Positions 1 through 9,394 of a stretch of 53,197 nucleotides of DNA are shown piece after piece. The notes beneath the pieces were generated by a model. It made no database searches. It had not been told where the DNA came from and worked only from the letters and a program-made list of their open reading frames with translations. The stretch is from Chromatiaceae bacterium (GTDB lineage Bacteria; Pseudomonadota; Gammaproteobacteria; Chromatiales; Chromatiaceae), in contig JBGSUY010000125.1 of assembly GCA_041753195.1 (NCBI GenBank), forward strand, positions 1 to 53,197, written 5' to 3'. Each line of letters begins with the position of its first letter. Positions within the stretch are counted from its first letter, which is position 1. The translations under genes and the position numbers were made by a program.

Positions 1-76
1 GGATCGCAAAGGCGACCAGGACCTCGATGAGGGAGAAGCCGCGCTCGCGGCGGGGACCCGGGGCGGTGGCCGTCAC
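1..76 (-). CDS. gspI: Type II secretion minor pseudopilin GspI (5' part, runs off the window)
   Basis: GTG at 76 overlaps the gspH stop (GTGA); translates MTATAPGPRRERG|FSLIEVLVAFAI, a prepilin cleavage motif; follows gspG-gspH. Confidence 0.75.
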   Translation of the reverse strand, partial: MTATAPGPRRERGFSLIEVLVAFAI

Positions 77-546
77 TCCGCCTCCCAGGGGGCCATGCGG
101 ACCCGTCCGGTGAGCCAGGTGACCCCCACCTGGTAACCCCGTTGCTCGCGCCCCTCACCGCGGGCCAGGATGATTCGCCCGCCGGTGGAGCTCCCGTCCG
201 GGAAGAAGCGAATGGCCCCCCGCTGCTCGTCTAGCATCTCACCCCGCGCGGCCTCCAGTTGGAGGTCGATGCGCTGGGGCAGCGCGATGGAGCGAAAGCC
301 CGGCAGCTCCAGGCGGCGCCCCTCCACATCCACCAGGAGTACCGCGTCCGCCCCCGAACGAATCGCCGTTTCGCGGGCGAGGCGCAACGAGGAGAGGGTG
401 CGGCGGGCCGCTGCTTTGAGCTCGACGCCGGGAAGCGCCGCCGAGATGAGGGGGGGGACCGCGGTCAATACCAAGGCCGCGATGGCGAGCACCACCAGCA
501 GCTCAACCAGGGTGAAGCCCTGGCGCCGCCGCTCCTGACCCGTCAG
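73..546 (-). CDS. gspH: Type II secretion minor pseudopilin GspH (GspH/FimT family); start uncertain (CTG 546 or ATC 576)
   Basis: Frame extends upstream of the ORF-track start to give RRRQG|FTLVELLVVLAI; C-terminal IRFFPDGSSTGG typical of GspH. Confidence 0.8.
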   Translation of the reverse strand: MTGQERRRQGFTLVELLVVLAIAALVLTAVPPLISAALPGVELKAAARRTLSSLRLARETAIRSGADAVLLVDVEGRRLELPGFRSIALPQRIDLQLEAARGEMLDEQRGAIRFFPDGSSTGGRIILARGEGREQRGYQVGVTWLTGRVRMAPWEAE

Positions 547-585
547 GGCTCTCCGCCTCGCCCTGGAACCGTCGATCTTGGCCTC

Positions 586-1014
586 CTACTCCCAGCTCTT
601 GACGTCCACATTCTCCCCTTCGCCCCCTTCCCGGTTGTCCGCGCCGAGCGTCCAGATGTCGACGCCCCCATGCTCGCCCGGGTAGCGGTACTGGTACTCG
701 AAGCCCCACGGGTCCTTTGGGACCTGGGCGTTCTTCAAATAGGGACCGTTCCAGTTGGGGGCGTCGGAAGGCCGGGACACCAAGGCCTCAAGCCCCTCCT
801 CGTTGGTCGGGTAGCGACCGATCTCCAAACGGTAGAGGTCGAGGGTGCTGGACAGGTTCTCGATCTGGAGGGCGGCGGTCTTGGTCTTGGAGCTGCCGAG
901 AAATTTCATGACCTGGGGCCCGACCAGGCCGGCAAGCAGGCCGAGGATGGCGAGTACGACCAGCAGCTCCACCAGGGTGAAGCCGGCGATTCGGCTGGGA
1001 TGGGATGGGTACAT
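586..1014 (-). CDS. gspG: Type II secretion major pseudopilin GspG
   Basis: G|FTLVELLVVLAILGLLA, YPTNEEGLEAL, WNGPYL..PKDPWG..Y.Y motifs. Confidence 0.95.
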   Translation of the reverse strand: MYPSHPSRIAGFTLVELLVVLAILGLLAGLVGPQVMKFLGSSKTKTAALQIENLSSTLDLYRLEIGRYPTNEEGLEALVSRPSDAPNWNGPYLKNAQVPKDPWGFEYQYRYPGEHGGVDIWTLGADNREGGEGENVDVKSWE

Positions 1015-1055
1015 GGGGACAACTCCTCGCCGGTGGCGGCGTACGACATTCTACG

Positions 1056-1109
1056 AGGGCCAAGGGCCAAGGACCAAGGCGCAACGGGCGATCCTCGGCC
1101 CTTGGCCCT
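1056..1109. repeat. Intergenic 18-bp imperfect inverted repeat built from GGCCAAG heptamers
   Basis: AGGGCCAAGGGCCAAGGA (1056-1073) versus TCCTCGGCCCTTGGCCCT (1092-1109), one mismatch. Confidence 0.8.
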
Positions 1110-1112
1110 TCT

Positions 1113-2321
1113 TCAAAACACCAACTCGTTGGCCCCCAGGATCGCCATCAAGATCGAGATGATGATGCCGGCGACGATGACGCCAAGTCCAATGATCAGC
1201 ACGGGCTCGAGCAGGGTCAGCATACTCTGGACGCTGTTTCGGGTCTCCCGCTCGTAGATGCCCGCCACCTTGGCGAGCATCCCATCCAGCGCCCCCGATT
1301 CCTCGCCCACACGAATCATCTGGAGCGCTAGGTCCGGCAGGGCCTCCAGCCGCGCCAGGGGTCCGGCGAGGCCGCGTCCGTGCTTGAGGTCGTCGCTCGC
1401 CTCGTCCAGGAGGCGCGCAATCTTGCGGTTGGACACCACCTCCTTCGCCAAGTTGAGGGCGTTGAGCAGTGGCAACCCGTTCTTGAGCAGAGCGGCAAGG
1501 GTATGACAGAGCCGCGACGTTTCCATCTTCCAGACCAGATCGCCGAACAGCGGAAGCTCAAGGATCCGATGATCGAGTCGGGTGCGCACCTGCTCGTCCT
1601 GCAGCCAGCGCTCCAGGATGACTGCGATCACCGCCAGGACGACTAGCATGGCCCACCAGTAGTTGCGGAACAGGTCCCCCGCGGCCACTACGATCTGGGT
1701 CGGCAGGGGGAGCGCCGCGCCCATGTCCTGGAACAAGACGGTGAATTGCGGCACCACGAAGACCAGGAGCAGAATCACCGAGAGCCCGGCGACGAACAAC
1801 AGGATCGATGGATAGACCAGGGCCGAGGTCACCGTCTGGCGCAGCTCCGCGACCCGTTCCATATAATCCGCCAGCCGGTCCAGGACCTGGTCCAGGGCAC
1901 CGCTGGCCTCACCGGCGCGCACCATGTTGATGTAGAGCCGCTGGAACTGACCGTCCTGGGCCTCCAGGGCGCTGGAGAAGGTCGCACCTCCGCGTACCCG
2001 TTCCTGAAGGTCCGAGAGCACCCGTAACAGGTGCTCGGCGTCGCTGAGATCGATCAGGATCTGCAGGGAGCGGTCCAGGGTCATACCCGCCTCGATGAGG
2101 GTGGCCAGCTCCCGGGTGAGGATACCGATCTCCTTTTGGCTCAGCCGCCGCCGGCGGGTCCGCGCAAAACGGGCCCTTAAGCCCCCTGCCGAGCGCGTTT
2201 CCAAAGGGATCAGCCCCTCGGCCTGGAGGTGGCGGACCACCGCCGCCTCGTCCGGGGCCTCCAATTCCCCCTCGACCGGCTCGCCGTCGAGCTTGACCGC
2301 CTTGTAAAGGTACTTGGGCAA
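1113..2321 (-). CDS. gspF: Type II secretion inner-membrane platform protein GspF
   Basis: TRELATLIEAG, RAGEASGAL, ALVYP, GEESG.L, LLEP motifs of the T2SSF family; between gspE and gspG. Confidence 0.93.
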   Translation of the reverse strand: MPKYLYKAVKLDGEPVEGELEAPDEAAVVRHLQAEGLIPLETRSAGGLRARFARTRRRRLSQKEIGILTRELATLIEAGMTLDRSLQILIDLSDAEHLLRVLSDLQERVRGGATFSSALEAQDGQFQRLYINMVRAGEASGALDQVLDRLADYMERVAELRQTVTSALVYPSILLFVAGLSVILLLVFVVPQFTVLFQDMGAALPLPTQIVVAAGDLFRNYWWAMLVVLAVIAVILERWLQDEQVRTRLDHRILELPLFGDLVWKMETSRLCHTLAALLKNGLPLLNALNLAKEVVSNRKIARLLDEASDDLKHGRGLAGPLARLEALPDLALQMIRVGEESGALDGMLAKVAGIYERETRNSVQSMLTLLEPVLIIGLGVIVAGIIISILMAILGANELVF

Positions 2322-2323
2322 GG

Positions 2324-4189
2324 TCAGTCGTCCTCCGCCACCCGGAGCACTTCCTCGATCGTGGTCCGACCGTCGAGGGCCTTGCGCAGACCATCCTCGT
2401 ACATGGTCGCCATGCCCTCGTGCATCGCCACCCGCTGAATCTCGGTGGCGGTCGCGTGTCCGAGGACCAGCTTGCGGATCGGATCGGTCATCAGGAGCAC
2501 CTCGGAGATTACCAGCCGGCCACGGTAGCCGGTCGCGTTGCAGTGCTCACAGCCCACCGGGCGGTACAGGGTGATGGATTCTGACTGATGGCCCAGCCGT
2601 TCGAAGCGCGCCGCCAGCCCCGGCAAGGGGCTGTAGGGCTCCCGACAGTGGGGGCAGAGGCGGCGGACCAGGCGCTGGGCAAGAATGCCGTTGACGGTGG
2701 AGGTGAGCAGGTAGTCCTCCACCCCCATGTCCAGCAATCGGGTGACGCCGCTCGAAGCATCGTTGGTGTGCAGGGTGGAGAGCACGACGTGGCCAGTGAG
2801 GGCGGACTGGACGGCAATACGGGCGGTCTCCAGGTCGCGCATCTCACCCACCATGATGATGTCGGGGTCCTGCCGGACGATGGCCCGCAAGGCGCCGGCG
2901 AAGGTCATGCCGATGGCCGACTTGACCTGGATCTGGTTGATCCCCGGGAGCTGATACTCCACCGGGTCCTCCACGGTGATGATCTTGCGCTCCTGGGTGT
3001 TGAGCCGCGACAGGGCCGTGTAGAGGGTGGTGCTCTTGCCGGAGCCCGTGGGCCCGGTCACCAAGAAGATGCCGTAGGGCTGCTCCAGGATCATCAGCAT
3101 GCGCTCCCGTGGGGCGCCGTCGAAGCCCAGGGCGTCGAAGTCGAAGCGCACGCTCTCCTTGTCCAGCAGGCGCATGACCACGCTCTCCCCGAACATGGTG
3201 GGGACCGTGGAGACGCGCAGGTCGAGCTCCTTGCCCTGGACGCGGATGGGGATGCGCCCGTCCTGGGGCAGCCGCCGCTCGGCGATGTTGAGCTTGGCCA
3301 TGATCTTGACCCGAGAGATCACCGCGGCGGTAGAGCGTACCGGCGGGGCGTCCACCTCCTTGAGGATACCGTCCACCCGGTAGCGGACCTTGAGCTCGTC
3401 GGCGAAGGGCTCGATGTGGATGTCCGAGGCGCGGGACTCCACCGCCTTCTGGATCAGGTGGTTGACCATCCGGATCACGGGTGCCTCGCTGGCGAGATCC
3501 TTCAGGTGCTCGATGTCCTCCTCGTCGAATTCCCCGAGCTCAGGCTCCGCGTCCGCCTGGTCCTCGGTCGGTTTGTCGTAGAGGCGTGTCAGGGCGGCCT
3601 CGATCTCGGACGGCAGGGCGACCTGGGCCTGGGCGGGTTTGCCCGCCGCGTCCGCTATGGCCTGCAACACGAAGGGGTCCGCCGCATCGGCGACGGCGAC
3701 CCGGATGCTGTCCTCCTCCTCCGCCAGCGGGAGTACCCGGGCGTCCTTGAGGAAGCGCAGGGAGAATAACCCCTCAGCCACCGGCTCGCTGGGGAAGAGG
3801 GCGGGATCCGCCAGCGGCAGGTCCAGCACCTCCGCCATGGCCTGGGCCATGTCCCGCTCGGAGACCAGGCCGAGTCGCACCAGCATGCGCACCAGTGGCT
3901 CCCCCGCGTCATCGGCCAGACGGCGGGCGCGGCCCAGGTCTCCGGCCGTGAGCTTGCCGCGCTCTAGGAGGGCACTCAGGATTCGGGCCACGGGCGTCAG
4001 CGGCAGGGCCCCGTTGGCACGGGTGTCGGAGCTCCCGAGGGTGGTGGCCGGCGCTGGCGCCGAGTCGATATCCGCTGGGACCGCCTCCTCCAACGAGAGG
4101 GTAAGCCCCTCGGACAGGGGATCATCGCGGGTTCCCACCAGGGGGGGAACATCCTCGAGGATGGCAGCGTCGTTTTGGGTGTAGGACAT
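2324..4189 (-). CDS. gspE: Type II secretion ATPase GspE
   Basis: ASDIHIEP, RLPQDGRI, Walker A GPTGSGKSTT, TVEDPVEY, RQDPD, TGH..STLH, CPHC/CEHC metal motif. Confidence 0.95.
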   Translation of the reverse strand: MSYTQNDAAILEDVPPLVGTRDDPLSEGLTLSLEEAVPADIDSAPAPATTLGSSDTRANGALPLTPVARILSALLERGKLTAGDLGRARRLADDAGEPLVRMLVRLGLVSERDMAQAMAEVLDLPLADPALFPSEPVAEGLFSLRFLKDARVLPLAEEEDSIRVAVADAADPFVLQAIADAAGKPAQAQVALPSEIEAALTRLYDKPTEDQADAEPELGEFDEEDIEHLKDLASEAPVIRMVNHLIQKAVESRASDIHIEPFADELKVRYRVDGILKEVDAPPVRSTAAVISRVKIMAKLNIAERRLPQDGRIPIRVQGKELDLRVSTVPTMFGESVVMRLLDKESVRFDFDALGFDGAPRERMLMILEQPYGIFLVTGPTGSGKSTTLYTALSRLNTQERKIITVEDPVEYQLPGINQIQVKSAIGMTFAGALRAIVRQDPDIIMVGEMRDLETARIAVQSALTGHVVLSTLHTNDASSGVTRLLDMGVEDYLLTSTVNGILAQRLVRRLCPHCREPYSPLPGLAARFERLGHQSESITLYRPVGCEHCNATGYRGRLVISEVLLMTDPIRKLVLGHATATEIQRVAMHEGMATMYEDGLRKALDGRTTIEEVLRVAEDD

Positions 4190-4192
4190 GGC

Positions 4193-6115
4193 TCAGGCCC
4201 CGGCATTGGCGCCCTGGGAGGGCAGCGAATCGAGATCGGCGGCGACCGCCATCGGGCCCAGAAGCACCGGACCCAGGGGAACCCGACCCCAGCCCGGGAC
4301 CAGCTCCGCGAGCGCCGAGAGGATGGCATCGCTATTCTGGACGTCGCACGCGCGAGCCAGGACCGCCAGGCGATTCGCCGTTGCCAGCTCAACCAAGGGG
4401 TCTGACCCGCGAGCCACCCGAATCTTCGGGTGATCGGTGGCGATGAGATCCTCGGAATCGTAGAACAACTCCTCGTAGAGCTTCTCCCCGGGGCGCAGGC
4501 CGATGTACTCGATGGGAATGTCTTGCCCCGGCTCCCGGCCGGAAAGGCGGATCATCTGCTCCGCCAGATAGCTGATCTTCACCGGCTCACCCATGTCGAG
4601 CACGAAGATCTCCCCCCCTTCTCCGATGACGGCCGCCTGCATGATGAGCTGACAGGCCTCCGGGATGGTCATGAAGAATCGCTCGATGTCCGGATGGGTT
4701 ACGGTCACGGGTCCGCCGCGCTCGATCTGGCGCCGAAACAGCGGCACCACACTCCCGGCGGAGCCCAACACGTTACCGAACCGCACCACGATGTAACGGG
4801 TCGCGGAGACCCGATCAAGGGACTGGCAGAGGGCCTCCGCCACCCGCTTGGTGGCGCCCATGACATTCGCCGGGTGCACCGCCTTGTCGGTGGAGATCAG
4901 CACGAAGCGCTCGCAGGACCAGGCAGCGGCGGCCTCGGCGACGATCTGGGTGCCCAGGACATTGTTACGCACCGCGGCGCGCACCTGATCCTCCAACATG
5001 GGGACGTGCTTGTATGCCGCGGCGTGGAACACGATGCCGGGACGCTCGTCACGGAACAGGGCGGCAACGGCGGGGGAATCGGTGACGTCAAGGAGGTGCC
5101 TGGAGAAACGCAGACCGGAATCCCTCTCCATCAGGTCCAACTCGATTTGATAGAGATTGAACTCCCCGTTGTCTGCCAGGATTAGCCGCCGGGGTCCGGC
5201 CGCTGCGATCTGCCGCACCAACTCGGAGCCGATGGAGCCCCCGGCGCCGGTCACGAGCACATCCCTCCCGGCGAGCCCCCCACGGATCCCGTCCCAGTCC
5301 AGGGTGATGGGGTCTCGCCCCAGAAGGTCCTCAATGGAGACCGGGCGTAGTTGGCTGACCGTGACCTGGCCCGCCATCAGGTTGCCGAGCTCAGGAACGG
5401 TACGGAAGGGCCGTCCCGCCCGCTCGCAGAGCCCGACCAGGCGCTGCATCTCCCGGGCCCCGGCACTCGGCACCGCCAGCAGCACCAGGTCGATGCCCCG
5501 CTCCGCCACCAGCTTGGGAAGTTGGTCGGTGGAACCTAAGACCGGCACCCCATGGACCTCGCCCCCCTGACGGCGCGGCTTGTCGTCCACGAATCCCGCC
5601 GGATAGTAGGCCCGTTGGGGGTCCCGCAGCATGTCGCGGGCGAGCATCTCGCCGGCGCGACCGGCTCCCACGATCAGGACCCGCTGGCCGGCGCGCAGGT
5701 TGAGCCGGTGGTCCTTGTGCCAGCGATAGAGCAGTCGGGGTCCAGCGAGCAGGATGACCTGGAGACCAAAGAACAGGACAGGCACCGAGCGCGGGATTAG
5801 GAGGGATCGGTTGACGATGAAGAGCGCCAGGACCACCAGGGCCGTCCCCGCCAGGGCCGCGCTGGTGATGCGCACCAGATCGGGGAGTGACGCGAAACGC
5901 CAGACCCCGCGATAGAGGCCGAAGAACCAATAGACGGAACCCTGGATCAGAACCACCCAGGGCAGGGCATCCAGGGCCGCGTCCAGGAATTCCGGCGGTA
6001 TGGCACCCAGGTTGAAGCGCAGCCAATAGGCGGCATACCAGGCAACAGGCACCACGAGCAGGTCATGGGCAAAGGCGGCCGTTCGGGAGCGCAGCCGGTC
6101 GAAGAGTGGGCTCAT
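4193..6115 (-). CDS. Membrane-bound nucleotide-sugar 4,6-dehydratase (WbpM/CapD/PglF family)
   Basis: N-terminal TM helices, GAGGSIGSE, HAAAYKHVP, STDKAV, NVMGATK, VRFGNVLGS.GSV. Confidence 0.92.
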   Translation of the reverse strand: MSPLFDRLRSRTAAFAHDLLVVPVAWYAAYWLRFNLGAIPPEFLDAALDALPWVVLIQGSVYWFFGLYRGVWRFASLPDLVRITSAALAGTALVVLALFIVNRSLLIPRSVPVLFFGLQVILLAGPRLLYRWHKDHRLNLRAGQRVLIVGAGRAGEMLARDMLRDPQRAYYPAGFVDDKPRRQGGEVHGVPVLGSTDQLPKLVAERGIDLVLLAVPSAGAREMQRLVGLCERAGRPFRTVPELGNLMAGQVTVSQLRPVSIEDLLGRDPITLDWDGIRGGLAGRDVLVTGAGGSIGSELVRQIAAAGPRRLILADNGEFNLYQIELDLMERDSGLRFSRHLLDVTDSPAVAALFRDERPGIVFHAAAYKHVPMLEDQVRAAVRNNVLGTQIVAEAAAAWSCERFVLISTDKAVHPANVMGATKRVAEALCQSLDRVSATRYIVVRFGNVLGSAGSVVPLFRRQIERGGPVTVTHPDIERFFMTIPEACQLIMQAAVIGEGGEIFVLDMGEPVKISYLAEQMIRLSGREPGQDIPIEYIGLRPGEKLYEELFYDSEDLIATDHPKIRVARGSDPLVELATANRLAVLARACDVQNSDAILSALAELVPGWGRVPLGPVLLGPMAVAADLDSLPSQGANAGA

Positions 6116-7149
6116 GGCTGTCTCGGCACCGCCTGTCGTTCAGCGAGTTGGACCCGGAAGCCGATCAGGGCATAGATCATGGCCCAGCCCAGGATCAAGG
6201 CCCACTGATCCCGCGCCGGCAAGGCCGGTGCGGCCACCGCGCAGCCGGCGGCGGCACCCATCACCACGTAGGCGCGCAGCAACGTCTTACGGTGCCCCCA
6301 GCCGGCAAGCACCAGACGCTGGTAGTGGTGGCTGCGATGAGGCTCCCAAATCCGCTCCCCCCGGGCGAGTCGACGGAGAAGCGTCCAGGTTGCGTCGACG
6401 ATGAAGGGGGAGAAGGCGAGCCAGGCGACCCATAGGGGGAATAGGCCCCTGCGGTAGCCCCAGAGGGACAGGCCGGCGGCCAACAGACCCAGGGTCGAGG
6501 ACCCCAGGTCGCCGAGGAAAATGCGGGCGGGGGGGAAGTTGCTGGTCAGGAAGCCAGCGCAGGCGGCGGCCGTGCAGGCCGAAACCAGGCTGAAGAAGGG
6601 TTCGCCGCCCTGCCAGCCAAGGACTGCCAAGGCGCCGAAGCCGAACAGACCCATGCCCCCCGCAAGACCATCCATGCCGTCCATAAAGTTGTAGAGGTTG
6701 ATCATCCACACCGCGTAGAGCACTGTGAGGACCAAGGCCAGGGCCGTCGGAAACGTCCAGTCTATCCCAGGTAGATCGAGGTGGCTCCAGACCAATCCTC
6801 CAGTTATGAGCACCAAGGCGGCCAGGCCGTGCGCCAGGAGGCGAAGGCGCCGCGACACATGCCCGAAATCGTCCCACAGGGAGACTGCGGCGACCACGAC
6901 AGCCGCTAAACCCAGCCGGACCTGAGCGGGATCGATCCCTTGGACGAGGGCGAGAGCGAGCAGGGGTAGGGCGAGTCCCAGCAGAACGCCCACGCCCCCA
7001 CTCCGGGGTACCGGGGTGTGGTGCAGGGAGCGTTCGTTCGGGTGGTCCAGTAGCCCTACGTGGGAGCGCCGCGCAAGCCAGGCCGTGGCCGACGCGCTGA
7101 GGGTGAAGGCACTACCTATGACGACGAGGCTCAGGAGGTGAGGGGACAT
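6112..7149 (-). CDS. Glycosyltransferase family 4 (WecA/WbpL-like undecaprenyl-phosphate sugar-1-phosphate transferase)
   Basis: D.PNERSLH..P.PRSGG, WDD, NLYNFMDGMDG, NFPPARIFLGD.GS, HRSHHYQRL; multiple TM helices. Confidence 0.92.
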   Translation of the reverse strand: MSPHLLSLVVIGSAFTLSASATAWLARRSHVGLLDHPNERSLHHTPVPRSGGVGVLLGLALPLLALALVQGIDPAQVRLGLAAVVVAAVSLWDDFGHVSRRLRLLAHGLAALVLITGGLVWSHLDLPGIDWTFPTALALVLTVLYAVWMINLYNFMDGMDGLAGGMGLFGFGALAVLGWQGGEPFFSLVSACTAAACAGFLTSNFPPARIFLGDLGSSTLGLLAAGLSLWGYRRGLFPLWVAWLAFSPFIVDATWTLLRRLARGERIWEPHRSHHYQRLVLAGWGHRKTLLRAYVVMGAAAGCAVAAPALPARDQWALILGWAMIYALIGFRVQLAERQAVPRQP

Positions 7150-7227
7150 GCTTCGGCCAGTGCCGTCCCGGGGGCGGCCAATTACAGGACTGGGGGAACG
7201 GCCGTCAGAGGGCTGCGCCGACCCGAC

Positions 7228-7782
7228 TCAAACCGACCGCACGAGCGCGACCTCGACCCGGTCGCGGCGCTCGGCCCCAGCCAGCAGTTCGATCAGGCAC
7301 AGAGCGAAGTCCATGGCGGTACCCGGCCCCCTGGAGGTGACTACCTTGCCATCCACGACCACGGGATCGTCGAGGAGCCGCACCTGGGGGAATTCCGTCG
7401 CATCGAGGGTCCCCGGGTAGCCCGTTGCGAAGCGGCCATCGAGGAGGCCTGCCTTGGCCAATATCTTGGGGGCGGCACAAATCGCCGCGGCGAAGCGGCC
7501 CTCGGCCTGATGCAGTCGCAGCAAGTGGTGCACTCGCGGGTCCGCGTCGAGGTGCTTTGCCCCCGGCATGCCGCCGGGGAGCACAATCATATCGAAGTGC
7601 CCCCCTTGCTCCGCGTCTAGGGTGCTGTCGGGGATCAGGACCGTGCCCCGGCTGCCGGTTACCGCCCCCGGCTCGAGACCAGCCGTGATCACCTCGATCT
7701 CCGCGCGCCGCAGTAGATCGATGACAGTGACGGCCTCGAGCTCCTCGAAGCCCGCGGCCAGGGGGATCAGAACCCTCGGCAT
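7228..7782 (-). CDS. DJ-1/YajL/PfpI family protein
   Basis: GFEELEA, VLPGGMPGA, AAICAAP nucleophile elbow, VVTSRGPGTA. Confidence 0.93.
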   Translation of the reverse strand: MPRVLIPLAAGFEELEAVTVIDLLRRAEIEVITAGLEPGAVTGSRGTVLIPDSTLDAEQGGHFDMIVLPGGMPGAKHLDADPRVHHLLRLHQAEGRFAAAICAAPKILAKAGLLDGRFATGYPGTLDATEFPQVRLLDDPVVVDGKVVTSRGPGTAMDFALCLIELLAGAERRDRVEVALVRSV

Positions 7783-7840
7783 GGCTCTGTCGTCCTCCTT
7801 AAAGCCTCACTGGCTTGCCCTGAACTTTCCCACTCGGCCT

Positions 7841-9139
7841 TCAATTGACCTTGGCCCGACCCAGGATGTAAAGCCCTTTCAATACGTTCAGGGCCTCGGC
7901 CAACTGCAGGTCCTCCGCCGCCAGCCCCTTGTCCCGGTCCTCGTCCTTGGTCTTGCCGTCTTGCCCGGGTGAGTCAAGGTGGTTGTTCAGGTCCGCCTCC
8001 GACAGGGCGTCCACCTCGGGCTCTTGGAGCGGCTTGAACTCGCCGCGCTCGAGCGTGATGTCCGGAACTATGCCCTGGGCCTGGATCGAGCGGCCGGAGG
8101 GGGTGTAGTAGCGGGCCGTGGTCAGTTTGAGCGCGGTGGAGTCGTCGATCGGGACTATCGTCTGAACCGAGCCCTTACCAAAGGTCTTGGCCCCCATGAC
8201 CAGAGCCCGCTTGTGGTCTTGGAGGGCCCCGGCGACGATCTCGGATGCCGAAGCGCTGCCGCGATTCACCAGAACCACCATGGGGGCGCCGGCGAGCACG
8301 TCGTCCGGTCCGGCACTGAACTGGAGCTTCGAGTCGGCGAGCCGTCCTTGGGTATATACGATGAGCCCATCGGTGATGAAGGCGTCGCTGACCCCCACCG
8401 CCGCATTCAGGACACCGCCTGGGTTGTTCCTGAGGTCCAGCACCAGCCCCTTGAGCTCCTCGTCGTTTGCCTTCTTTAGGTCGCCGATAGCGGTAATCAT
8501 GTCCTCGGTGGTCCGCGCCTGAAAATTCGAGATGCGCACGTAACCGTAACCCGGCTCGAGGGTGCGGCTCTTGACGCTGGCCACGTGGATCAGGTCCCGT
8601 TCCAGGGTGACCGAGAAGGGTTGCCCGTCGCCACTGCGCAGGACCGTGAGCCGGATCTCGCTCCCCGGCTTGCCTCGCATCAGGTTGACCGCCTCGCTCA
8701 GGCTCATGCCCTTCACCGGCTTGTCGTCGATGCGGACGATCACATCGCCGGCCTGGAGCCCGGCCCGCTGGGCCGGGGTGTCATCGATGGGCGCGATGAC
8801 CTTGACGAAACCGTTCTCCATGCCGACCTCGATCCCCAAGCCACCGAACTCCCCGCTGGTACCTACCTGAAGGTCCCGATACTCCTCCTTGCCCAGGTAG
8901 TCGGAGTGGGGATCCAACCCGCCCAGCATGCCGCGGATGGCACTCTCCAGGAGCGTCTTGTCCTGGACCCCTTCCACGTAGTCATTCTTGATGCGTCCGT
9001 AGACCTCAGCGAAGGTTCGCAACTCCTCCAGGGGGAGATCCTCGGGAGCTTCCGCCCGAGCGGTCAGGGTGGCACCGCCAGCTCCCCCGACGAGGAGTGA
9101 GAAGCCGAGGAAGAACGGTAGCTGGACGCGAATATGCAT
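7841..9139 (-). CDS. ctpA: S41 carboxyl-terminal processing protease (CtpA-like) with PDZ domain
   Basis: LDPHS, GLGIEV, LDLRNNPGG, SASASEIVAGALQD, TFGKGSVQ, TTARYYTPSG. Confidence 0.92.
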   Translation of the reverse strand: MHIRVQLPFFLGFSLLVGGAGGATLTARAEAPEDLPLEELRTFAEVYGRIKNDYVEGVQDKTLLESAIRGMLGGLDPHSDYLGKEEYRDLQVGTSGEFGGLGIEVGMENGFVKVIAPIDDTPAQRAGLQAGDVIVRIDDKPVKGMSLSEAVNLMRGKPGSEIRLTVLRSGDGQPFSVTLERDLIHVASVKSRTLEPGYGYVRISNFQARTTEDMITAIGDLKKANDEELKGLVLDLRNNPGGVLNAAVGVSDAFITDGLIVYTQGRLADSKLQFSAGPDDVLAGAPMVVLVNRGSASASEIVAGALQDHKRALVMGAKTFGKGSVQTIVPIDDSTALKLTTARYYTPSGRSIQAQGIVPDITLERGEFKPLQEPEVDALSEADLNNHLDSPGQDGKTKDEDRDKGLAAEDLQLAEALNVLKGLYILGRAKVN

Positions 9140-9394
9140 GATCAATATAGAGCTTTCAGGTCGGTCGTAGAGGGTCCAGCGCCCGGGCCAGTTGCGGCTT
9201 GCCGGCCAGGGGACGTTGCTTTAGCCAACAGGTTCCGGCAAGCATCGCACGTTTCAACACCGCTCGGCAGCTTGGGATATGGAAAACTGGGACCGAGATT
9301 TCGGACCCCCAACAATGTGCCCGCGGCGCAAAGCCTGCCTGGACAGCGGGCTTGAGCTTGGGACAGCAGCGCGAGGCCGTGGTTCGGGATCGCG

